Source: Gemmatimonadota bacterium
GTDB taxonomy: Bacteria > Gemmatimonadota > Gemmatimonadetes > Gemmatimonadales > Gemmatimonadaceae
Assembly: GCA_031372565.1 (NCBI GenBank)
Contig: JANMLN010000053.1
Location: forward strand, 1-32,282
Length of the DNA: 32,282 bases
Reading direction: 5' to 3'
Each line of letters starts with the position of its first letter. Positions within the stretch are counted from its first letter, which is position 1. Positions 17,601-24,763 of this stretch are shown here, in pieces. Position numbers and translations under genes: made by a program. Below the pieces are notes generated by a model that searched no databases, was not told where the DNA came from, and saw only the letters and a program-made list of their open reading frames with translations.

Positions 17601-17948
17601 GCCGCTCAGCGTCTCCGTGACGCGCGTGCGCGCCCAGTAGAGATCCGTGCCGTCCGCGAAGATCACGTACACGAACGAGACGCCGAAGAACGAGTAGCCG
17701 CGCACCGTGCGCGCGCCGGGCACCTTGAGCATCTCCGCCGCGATCGGATACGTCACCTGGTCCTCGACGATGCGCGGCGCCTGCTCGCCGTACGGCGTCT
17801 CGACGATCACCTGCACGTCGGAAAGGTCGGGCAGCGCCTCCAGCGGAGTGTGCCGAAGCGCCCACACGCCGCCAGCGCAGCCGGCCGCCGTCAGGAACAG
17901 CACGAGCAGGCGATTCCGCAGCGACCAGAGAATGAGGCGGCTCAACAT
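14664..17948 (-). CDS. cusA: CusA/CzcA heavy-metal RND permease, Cu(I)/Ag(I) type
   Basis: ALPDLSDVQVI, LGPDATGLGWV, GAMIDAAIVM, CusA-like Met positions (EFMPPLDEG, LEMFET, IDMLATG) and RVRPKMMT. Confidence 0.94.
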   Translation of the reverse strand: MLSRLILWSLRNRLLVLFLTAAGCAGGVWALRHTPLEALPDLSDVQVIVETPYGEQAPRIVEDQVTYPIAAEMLKVPGARTVRGYSFFGVSFVYVIFADGTDLYWARTRVTETLSGIRERLPVGASPRLGPDATGLGWVFQYVLEDTTGRRDLAELRSLQDWSLRYALTAVPGVAEVASVGGFEKQYQVDVDPDRLQAYGLAIGQVMAAIANGNADVGAMVLELSEREYMVRGLGYLHGMRDIEDVVVGATEAGTPIRVADLARVTIGPAARRGLADLDGRGDVVGGIVIMRQGENALATIERVRARLAEVQSSLPPGVVVRAVYDRSELIERAIGTLRRTLLEESLVVALVCIIFLLHARSALVAILTLPVGILLAFAGMRVAGVGADIMSLGGIAIAIGAMIDAAIVMIENLHKHLERVLVALPAESGDGGRLDIGRLDATTRWRVVGESAAEVGPALFVSLLIITVSFLPVFALEGQEGRLFTPLALTKTLAMASAALLSVTLVPVAMGLLVRGRIRAERDNPVNRALVGLYRPVIAMVLARRWAVIGGAAVVLLLSWIPWQRVGSEFMPPLDEGTLLFMPTTMPGVSIARARELLRQQDAILKSFPEVASVFGKAGRAGTATDPAGLEMFETTIVLRPPAAWRAGMTSERLVAEMDSAVRSPGVRTAWTQPIRGRIDMLATGIRTPVGIKVYGPDLAELERIARLVEAAVQAVPGTRSAFAERAAGGYYLDITIDRAAAAQHGLNVGDVQTVIAAAVGGMTVTQAVEGRERYAVRVRYPQELRDTPERLEDVLVPVLHGVGGAMGAAPGSSSMNEGATPRTSASPRTAYVPLGQVATIRRVAGPMVVRTEGAQPTAWVYVDVTGRDIGAFVADAQRTVAAQVVLPAGYTLQWSGQFEYMERAKARLRVVVPATLALIFLLLFLNFGSVGEALLVMLSLPFALVGGLWLTWALGFNWSVAVAIGFIALTGVAAETGVVMLLYLDHAWKARSGAGRVPSVADLREAIVEGAVERVRPKMMTVTAIMAGLLPILWGSGTGSSVMRRIAAPMVGGMISSTVLTLVVIPAVYSLWRERQLVRARTTAEPVATAAR

Positions 17949-17958
17949 GCGATGATCC

Positions 17959-19263
17959 TCATGGCTGGCGCCGCTTGGTCGGCGTCGCGGGGCGAACGGC
18001 CTTGGCGGGTTCGCGCGGGGCCACGGGCATGCTCATGTCCATGCCGGGCATGTCCCCCATGCCGCCGAGCACGGTCCCGAGATTCGACTCCGCATCGAGG
18101 AGGAACGTCCCCGAGGCCACCACCGTGTCGCCCGCGGAGAGGCCGCTGAGGATCTCCACGAGGTGTTCGCTGGACGCGCCCAGCGTGACGAGATGCGGTA
18201 CGAGCATTCCGCCCTCGCCCTTCACGAAGACGAGGCTGCGCTCGCCGGTGGTCAGGACGGCGCTGCGCGGCACGCTCACCACGCGCGCCGTGCCGGGCGA
18301 CTGGACACGCAGCGTGGCCACCATGCCGGGCTTGAGCTGGCCATCCGCATTCGCGAACTCGGCGCGCACCCGGGCGGTGCGCGTGGCAGGGTCGAGCGTG
18401 GGGTAGATGTAGCGGACTGAGCCGCGCAGTTGCTCACCGGGGCGTGATCGGAATTCGGCCGTCACGCGCTGGCCGACATGCACGCTGCCGAGGTCCTGCT
18501 CGAACACCGCCCCCTCCACCCAGACCACCGAGAGATCAGCGACGCGGAAGAGCGGCTGCCCGGCCATCACCTGCTGGCCGGCCACCACGTTCTTCTCGAT
18601 CACCACGCCGCTGGCCGGCGCCGCGAAGGGCACCGCGCGGATCACGCGGCCCGTCTCCTCCACGCTCTGGATCGTCGCGTCGCTCACGTCCCACTGGCGC
18701 AGCCGGCGACGGGCGCCGTCCACGAGCGCCTGCGCGCCCGCGCGCGCGTCCTGTCCGCCGGCCGGGGTCGCCGGGCTTCCCGCGAGCGAGGTGCCGAGTC
18801 GGAGCGCGAGCAGCAACTCCTCCTGCGCGCTCACGAGCATTGGCGAGTAGAGGGCGAGCATCGGCTCGCCGCGGCGCACCGGGCGGCCGGTGAAGTCGAG
18901 CGCAAGCGACTCCACCCAACCGTCCACCTTGAGCGAGAACACGCGCTGCCGCGTCTCGTCCACGCGCACGTCACCGACGAGGCGGATCTCGCGCGTCACC
19001 GGCGCCGCGGATGCCACGGCAAACGTGACGCCGATCCGCTGTGCGTCGCCCGCGCCCAGCTGCACGGAGCGCGGCACGTCGCTCGGCGTGCTGCCGCCCA
19101 TGGTCGCATGATCGTGTCCGCCCGCTGCGCTGGTGTCGGGCGCTGCGGCTGGCGCCGCGCCCGGCGTGCGCGAGAACCACCACACCGCGCCGCCCGCGAC
19201 CGCGAGCACGACGGCAAACCGAGCGAGTGCGCGCGGCGAGAGGCGATCCGTGTTGTCGCTCAT
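17959..19263 (-). CDS. cusB: RND periplasmic adaptor (CusB-like membrane fusion protein)
   Basis: N-terminal TM, GWVE, YSPMLVSAQEE, ADLSVVWV, IYPTLD..TRT, LKPGM and FLLDAES; lies between the OMF and the permease. Confidence 0.9.
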   Translation of the reverse strand: MSDNTDRLSPRALARFAVVLAVAGGAVWWFSRTPGAAPAAAPDTSAAGGHDHATMGGSTPSDVPRSVQLGAGDAQRIGVTFAVASAAPVTREIRLVGDVRVDETRQRVFSLKVDGWVESLALDFTGRPVRRGEPMLALYSPMLVSAQEELLLALRLGTSLAGSPATPAGGQDARAGAQALVDGARRRLRQWDVSDATIQSVEETGRVIRAVPFAAPASGVVIEKNVVAGQQVMAGQPLFRVADLSVVWVEGAVFEQDLGSVHVGQRVTAEFRSRPGEQLRGSVRYIYPTLDPATRTARVRAEFANADGQLKPGMVATLRVQSPGTARVVSVPRSAVLTTGERSLVFVKGEGGMLVPHLVTLGASSEHLVEILSGLSAGDTVVASGTFLLDAESNLGTVLGGMGDMPGMDMSMPVAPREPAKAVRPATPTKRRQP

Positions 19264-20672
19264 CGCAGTTCCTCCTCGGTCGTCAGGCGGGAAGCCGCGT
19301 TCACCAGCGCGCGGCCCGTCAGCATCTCCAGTTCCGCCACGGCCTTGCCTTCGCTCGCGCGGAGGGCGTACCCCTCCTGGCGGATCCGGTTCGTCGTCAT
19401 GTGCGCCTCAAGCAGCGTCATGAAGTCCACGCTGCCGCTGCGATACGCGGCCGTCGCGGCGTCGCGGGCGGCGATCGCCTGCGGGAGCAACGTGCCCGCG
19501 TAGAGGGCGCGCAGGGCACGGCTCTGTCGCAGCATCGCCGTCGCCTCGCGCAGCAACGAGCGGCCCTCGACCTCCATCGCGCGCACGTCCGCCTCCGCCA
19601 TCGTGCGCATCGCGCTGGCCTCCGTACGCATCGCGCCCGTTCGACCGAACAGCGGCAGGCTGGCGCCGACCATCGCGCTCGTCATCCACTCCGCACTCCC
19701 GCCCATCCCGGCCGGCGCGGCGCTGGGTGGACGACGCGCGAGCTGCACGCCGAACTCGAGGTCCGGCCACCGCTCGCGGCGGGCGAGCGTCTCCGATTCG
19801 GCGGCGGCTACGGCCTCGTGCCGTCCGGCCACCAGCATCGGGCGCGTCGCCGTGGCGCCCGGCGCGAGACTGTCCGGCACGAGGTCGAGCCGCGGAATGC
19901 GCAGCACGAGCGTATCCGCGTCCACGTCGAGGGCGAGCCACGCGCCGAGCCGCGCCGCCAGCGTGGCGCGCATGCTCTGCATGCGGATCACGTCCTCGGC
20001 CATCCGGGTGATCTCCATCTGCGCCCGGAGCACGTCGGCCTGGCGGCCCTGACCGACGCGGTACATCGCGGCCGCGGCGTCGGCGGCTTGGGCGAGCAGC
20101 GCCTGTGTCTCGCGCGTGACCGTGAGCTGACGTTCGAGCGCCCACAGGTCGTAGAAGGCGATCGCGGCGTCGCGCCGCGCGTCCCACCACCGCGCGTCGG
20201 CGCGCGCGCGGGCCGACGAAACGCGCGCTTCGGCGACGCGCTCCGCGTTGCCGCGCTTGCCCGCCAGGGGAAACATCTGCATCACCTGAAGCTGGTCCAT
20301 GCCGAGCGTTTCCATCGGGCGAAGCGATGGCAGCTCGCGGTTCATCGCGCCGAGCTGCACACGGGGGTCCGGAAGCGCGGTCGCGATCGGCACGCGGGCG
20401 GCTGCCACGTCGACAGCGGCGCGAGCGGCCGCCAACTGCGAGTTGTGCGAAGCAAGTCGCAGAAAGACCCGATCGAGCGAGAGTCCCGCAGTGTCAGCCG
20501 TGAGCGGCGCACCGGGAAGCCCGGGCGGCGCTTGGGCACGAGGCGACTGGCTGGCCAGCGGTCCAGCCGCGGCAAGCGACGCGAGGAGGCCGCCTACGGC
20601 CAAGACACGCGAGCGACGACTTGCCGGAAAAACGGCAGGGGAACGGAAGAGAAGGTCAAACAGGGGCGACAT
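19260..20672 (-). CDS. TolC-family outer-membrane efflux protein (CusC-like)
   Basis: Signal peptide, LPDP, QMFPLAGK, YRVG..DVLRAQ and AYRSGSVDF..LL; overlaps the cusB start. Confidence 0.9.
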   Translation of the reverse strand: MSPLFDLLFRSPAVFPASRRSRVLAVGGLLASLAAAGPLASQSPRAQAPPGLPGAPLTADTAGLSLDRVFLRLASHNSQLAAARAAVDVAAARVPIATALPDPRVQLGAMNRELPSLRPMETLGMDQLQVMQMFPLAGKRGNAERVAEARVSSARARADARWWDARRDAAIAFYDLWALERQLTVTRETQALLAQAADAAAAMYRVGQGRQADVLRAQMEITRMAEDVIRMQSMRATLAARLGAWLALDVDADTLVLRIPRLDLVPDSLAPGATATRPMLVAGRHEAVAAAESETLARRERWPDLEFGVQLARRPPSAAPAGMGGSAEWMTSAMVGASLPLFGRTGAMRTEASAMRTMAEADVRAMEVEGRSLLREATAMLRQSRALRALYAGTLLPQAIAARDAATAAYRSGSVDFMTLLEAHMTTNRIRQEGYALRASEGKAVAELEMLTGRALVNAASRLTTEEELR

Positions 20673-20812
20673 GAGTCACACGACTCCAAGGCAGGCGGGG
20701 CCACGTGGTGAACGCGGACGATCCGTGACGGCCGCACGGCCCGCCGCGCACGAACGGCGCGGACGGGGGAGCGGTCACGGGAAGTGCGCAAGACCGTCGG
20801 CACGTTCACCGC
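20673..20812 (-). promoter_or_regulatory. Structured intercistronic RNA: a long imperfect hairpin plus an RBS-pairing hairpin
   Basis: Plus-strand coordinates: GGTGAACG (20707-20714) with CGTTCACC (20803-20810), and CCGTGAC (20723-20729) with GTCACGG (20774-20780). On the mRNA, GAGTC-GTGT-GACTC overlaps the GGAG SD and abuts the ATG. Confidence 0.55.
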
Positions 20813-20830
20813 CCGGTGTTGCGCGAGGCC

Positions 20831-21265
20831 TCAGGCCTTGGGAGGGGGGGTGCTCGGCGGCTCGAGAAAGCTCCGCGGTGCGGAGGCGTTCCGCATCGCG
20901 GGGGCTACGCGCAGCACGGCGACCACCGGCCAGGTCGCGCCCGAGGCGGGCATGCCGAGACCGTTCCCCATCGTTGCGCAATGCGCGATGGTCCCCGGCA
21001 TGCTGCCGTCACAGGGATCATCGGTGTTCGTGCGCGTCGTCCGTTGCGTGGCCGGCACCGCGTCGGATACGACGGCGGACATGCCGTCGGAGGGCGCGCC
21101 CATCGACATCATGGCGTGTGCATCGCCGACGTCGGCGCCGACCGTCATGGCGGCGACGATCTCGCGCTGCGTGCACCCGCCGTCAGCCTGGAACGCCTGT
21201 CGCGCGAACGTGCACAACAGGAGGAGGTTGATGGCAATGCGAAAGAAGCGACGAGGACTGGCCAC
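20831..21265 (-). CDS. Small exported Met/Cys/His-rich protein with a Pro-rich C-terminus (CutF/CruR/CzcI-like leader)
   Basis: From GTG 21265: MASPRRFFRIAINLLLLCTFARQAFQA signal-like segment, HAMMSM, C-x10-C (HCATM) and terminus EPPSTPPPKA; first gene of the efflux operon. Confidence 0.65.
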   Translation of the reverse strand: MASPRRFFRIAINLLLLCTFARQAFQADGGCTQREIVAAMTVGADVGDAHAMMSMGAPSDGMSAVVSDAVPATQRTTRTNTDDPCDGSMPGTIAHCATMGNGLGMPASGATWPVVAVLRVAPAMRNASAPRSFLEPPSTPPPKA

Positions 21266-21324
21266 GGTGAATCGAGTCTGGGCAGGCGGTTGCAGGACGC
21301 CGGGGCGGATCGCGGTGTGTACAG

Positions 21325-21351
21325 GGACTACCCGACAGTCCGAGTATAGCA
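21325..21351 (-). promoter_or_regulatory. Candidate extended -10 promoter with overlapping inverted repeats
   Basis: Minus-strand TGcTATACT (21351-21343); GGACT-N7-AGTCC (21325-21341); TACCCG-N6-CGAGTA (21329-21346). Confidence 0.5.
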
Positions 21352-21496
21352 CACGCTGGCTCAACCGGGGTCGGGCGGCGCCTCAGCGCGTGTAGGTGAG
21401 TCGCCACCCCCGCGCGTTCCCCGGGACCGGGCGCTGCGTCTAGCCCCTGCCGGATGGCTGGGGCGCGAACGGCACCATGGTCAGTATGATTGTGGC

Positions 21497-21970
21497 ATGC
21501 CCGAAGCCCGACTCCGCATCCGTCCCGGCGGCCCCGAGGATCACGCCGCCGTCCTCGAGATGGCGACCCGACTCTCCGACTTCCCGGTGCCGTCGTGGCG
21601 AACCGCGACGGAGATTTCGCGCGCCGACGACCAGTTGCTGCTCGAGCAACTGTACGCGCCGCGCGTGGACCGCGTGTTGCTGGTGGCCGAGTTCACGGCC
21701 GCGCAGGCCAAGGGGATGATCATGGTCAGCACGCGCATCGACTACTTCACGCAGCAGCCGATCGCACACATCGAGGATCTGGCCGTGGCGCTCGACGCCG
21801 AGCGACAGGGCATCGCATCGGCGCTCATGTCGGCCGCCGAGGAGTGGGCGCGTGCGCGCGGCGTGACGCGCATGGGGCTCACCGTCTGGGAAGCGAACGC
21901 CCGGGCGCGCCGCTTCTACGACCACAGCGGCTACCGCGCCGAGACGATTCACTACCTCAAGGAACTCTGA
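21497..21970 (+). CDS. GNAT family N-acetyltransferase
   Basis: AHIEDLAV, ERQGIASALM (acetyl-CoA motif A) and LTVWEANARARRFY..GY. Confidence 0.92.
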   Translation: MPEARLRIRPGGPEDHAAVLEMATRLSDFPVPSWRTATEISRADDQLLLEQLYAPRVDRVLLVAEFTAAQAKGMIMVSTRIDYFTQQPIAHIEDLAVALDAERQGIASALMSAAEEWARARGVTRMGLTVWEANARARRFYDHSGYRAETIHYLKEL

Positions 21971-23166
21971 CCGCGGACGCGGTGCTTGAACGGCCGCGTG
22001 GTTCCCCCGGAGCCCGGCGCGGAGAGCACGGGGCGCCACCGGGCCACCAGGTCGCGAAAGAGCTCCCCCACCGGCTTGAGCGCGCGCGTCCCCTCGGCGA
22101 GTCCGATGTCCTCCATGACGCGAGGGCCAGGACCCAGTCGAGGCGCGTCCGTGAGCGGCGCCCAGCCGAACCCCGCGACCTCGATGCCGGCCGCGCGGAG
22201 CGAGAGCACGTCGTCCCACTGCTGCTTGAGCCAGGCGCGTGCGTGGCGGGCCGGCGCGTGCGTCTCGGCGCACAGCAAGGGCAACCCGTAGCGTTCGTGG
22301 AGCCGGGCCCCGAGGTGGCGGAGACCGAGTCGCTGCACCACGGACGTCTCGCGTCCCGCCGACGTCAGGCGACGCTCGGTGTCGGGCGCCCAGGCGACGC
22401 TCAAGACGCGCCGGGCCATGCGCGCACCACGCGCGTCGGCAAGGAAGTGCATCGCGCTCTCCGGCACGCCGGCGTTCAGGAGCGACGTGCGCGTGGCGTC
22501 GCCGACGTCGTGCCCGAGACAGAGATCGAGCCCCAACCAGCGCCGGGCGTTGCGGCGCTCGGCTTCCGCGCGCGCGCCCTCGCCTGCGGCGTGCGCATGC
22601 GCGGCCGGCGCGCTCATGACGATCGTGGCATCGGGGCGCTCGGCGCGAATGGCCGCGACGGCGAGCTCATGCGCGCGCGCCATGTTGGCGATCGTGCGCA
22701 GGAGGTCGGCGTCGCTGGCGCGTGCCTCGTTCCAGCGTCCGTGCAACGCGCTGGCCTCGGCGGTCTCGAGCAGCGAGCGCACCGGCGCGTAGTGGGTGAT
22801 CCACGGAAAGCGTCGGGCGAACGCCTGCGCATACTCCGCGAACAGGTCGGGGAAGCGGGGATCGCCGACGCCGCTCATCCACCTCGGGACCCCGGCGTGC
22901 GCGAGATCGGCGATCGGCATGATGCCGAGCAGTCGCAGCCGCTCCATCGGCTCGGCGCACGTATCCCAGTCGTAGTGCCCTGGGCTGACGTGGGACCGGT
23001 AGTAGGCGGGTCCGTAGAAGATCGCGTCCAGGCCCACGCGGTGCGCCAGCGCGAAATCGTCTTCCCAGCGGGCGTAGTGGCCCGACCGATCCAACTGGTC
23101 GGCGCGCTCCCCGCCGGCGAGGGCGGGGGCGCGGGTATCGATGCCGGAGACGAAGAGAAAGGACAT
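21952..23166 (-). CDS. Glycoside hydrolase family 1-like protein
   Basis: F.F.SGID start, HYARWEDDF.LA, YDWD, IADL.H.GVP.W, YAQAFARRFPWI..Y.P, ERYGLPL..AET and GFGW.PLTD. Likely start ATG 23166. Confidence 0.75.
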   Translation of the reverse strand: MSFLFVSGIDTRAPALAGGERADQLDRSGHYARWEDDFALAHRVGLDAIFYGPAYYRSHVSPGHYDWDTCAEPMERLRLLGIMPIADLAHAGVPRWMSGVGDPRFPDLFAEYAQAFARRFPWITHYAPVRSLLETAEASALHGRWNEARASDADLLRTIANMARAHELAVAAIRAERPDATIVMSAPAAHAHAAGEGARAEAERRNARRWLGLDLCLGHDVGDATRTSLLNAGVPESAMHFLADARGARMARRVLSVAWAPDTERRLTSAGRETSVVQRLGLRHLGARLHERYGLPLLCAETHAPARHARAWLKQQWDDVLSLRAAGIEVAGFGWAPLTDAPRLGPGPRVMEDIGLAEGTRALKPVGELFRDLVARWRPVLSAPGSGGTTRPFKHRVRGQSSLR

Positions 23167-23380
23167 GGTGGTGAGCAAATAGACGATCCACAACACGAAG
23201 CGTCAACGCGGCGGCATATTGTGGACAAACGGTGTAAGGCGATGCAGGAGAAAGTGATGCCGACGCATCACAAAGATGACGCTAGGTCAAGCCTCGAGAC
23301 GGCCAGCGGCACGGTCTGCGGCGCGTGCTCGCCGTGTTAGTTTTGCGCCTTCGGTTGCGGCTCCTCGTCATCCTGCTCAC

Positions 23381-24763
23381 GTGAAAGTCGGTCTCATCAC
23401 TCTCGGCTGCGACAAGAACACCGTCGACAGCGAGCGCTACCTCGCCCAGCTCACCGCGATCGGTGCCACGGCCGTCGACGACTTGCGCGAGGCGGAGCTC
23501 GTGATCGTCAATACCTGCGGCTTCATTGACGCGGCCAAGAAGGAATCGCTCGACGCCATCGTCGACGCCGGACGTCTCAAGGCCGAAGGGACGCTTCAGG
23601 GGCTGGTCGCGGTCGGGTGCATGGTCGAGCGACACAAGGGCGAACTCCTCGAGGCGCTGCCGGAGGTCGACCTCTTTCTTGGCGCGTCCGAGACGGACCA
23701 GCTGATTCCGGCCTTGCAGGCGCGCGGATTGATCGGCGACGCCCCCGTGCTGCATCCGGGCGATCGTCTTCCCGTGAGCGACCGGGTGCATGTGCGGTAT
23801 CTCAAGGTGAGCGAGGGATGCGACCACGGCTGCGCCTTCTGCGCCATCCCGCTCATGCGCGGCAAGCATCGCTCGTTTGCGGCCGACGAGGTGGTGCGCG
23901 AGGCCCAGCTGCTCGAGATGCAAGGCGCGCGCGAGGTGAACCTCGTGGCGCAGGATCTCGCCCATTACGGGCGCGACCGGCGCGATGGCACCGGGTTGCC
24001 CGAGCTGCTCGAGCAGCTGGTCGCACAGACCACGATCCCGTGGTTTCGCCTGCTCTACCTGTACGGAGCGGGGCTGACGCCCAAGCTGCTCGACGTCGTC
24101 GCTCGCAACCCGCGCATCCTTCCGTATCTCGACATGCCGATCCAGCATGGCGCCGATGCCGTCCTGCAGCGCATGCGCCGGCCCGAGCGCGGCCTCTCCA
24201 TTCGTGATCGCGTCGCGCGGGTGCGCGGTGCGGTGCCTGATGTCACGATCCGCACGACCTGCATCGTCGGCTTTCCGGGCGAGACCGACGCCGACTTCGA
24301 CACGTTGATGACGATGCTCGAGGAGGTGCAGTTTGATCGCGTCGGCGCCTTTACCTACTCGGCGCAGGAGGGGACCAAGGCGTTCGAACTCGTCGATGAC
24401 GTCCCGGAGTCGGTCAAGCGCGCGCGGCTCGAACAGCTGCTCGCTGTTCAGCGCGACATCACGGCGCAGCGCTACGAGCGGCATGTCGGGCGCGAGGCCA
24501 TCTGCCTGGTCGAGGAACACGATGACGCGGGGGCGGTGGCCCGCGCCCCGTGGCAGGCCGACGATGTCGATGGCGTGGTCCGGCTCGATGGCGACGCCCC
24601 CGTGGGCGCCTTCGTTCGCGTGCGCATCACCGATGTCGAAGACGACATCGACTTTGTCGGTACCCTGCTCGGGATCGAGACGCCGCCGCTGGTGCTCGCG
24701 CCGGTCACCACGCGCCGCTTGCCCCTTGCCCACGCCCCCACCATCGGAGCCTTCGGTCGATGA
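23381..24763 (+). CDS. rimO: Ribosomal protein S12 methylthiotransferase
   Basis: TLGCDKNTVDSE, VNTCGFI..AKKES, GCM, radical-SAM CDHGCAFC, YLDMPIQH and a TRAM domain; start GTG 23381. Confidence 0.93.
   Translation: MKVGLITLGCDKNTVDSERYLAQLTAIGATAVDDLREAELVIVNTCGFIDAAKKESLDAIVDAGRLKAEGTLQGLVAVGCMVERHKGELLEALPEVDLFLGASETDQLIPALQARGLIGDAPVLHPGDRLPVSDRVHVRYLKVSEGCDHGCAFCAIPLMRGKHRSFAADEVVREAQLLEMQGAREVNLVAQDLAHYGRDRRDGTGLPELLEQLVAQTTIPWFRLLYLYGAGLTPKLLDVVARNPRILPYLDMPIQHGADAVLQRMRRPERGLSIRDRVARVRGAVPDVTIRTTCIVGFPGETDADFDTLMTMLEEVQFDRVGAFTYSAQEGTKAFELVDDVPESVKRARLEQLLAVQRDITAQRYERHVGREAICLVEEHDDAGAVARAPWQADDVDGVVRLDGDAPVGAFVRVRITDVEDDIDFVGTLLGIETPPLVLAPVTTRRLPLAHAPTIGAFGR

Noticed and set aside
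11897..17865. Very long alternative ORFs (11897-14707 minus, 14551-17865 minus, 15543-17573 plus; likewise 24832-27294 and 29002-31500)
   Set aside because: These are shadow frames of real genes in GC-rich DNA, Arg/Ala/Gly-rich and without motifs.
23167..23380. Lower-GC 214-bp gap as a possible sRNA or riboswitch
   Set aside because: No convincing stem or known motif; it is adequately explained as a divergent promoter region.
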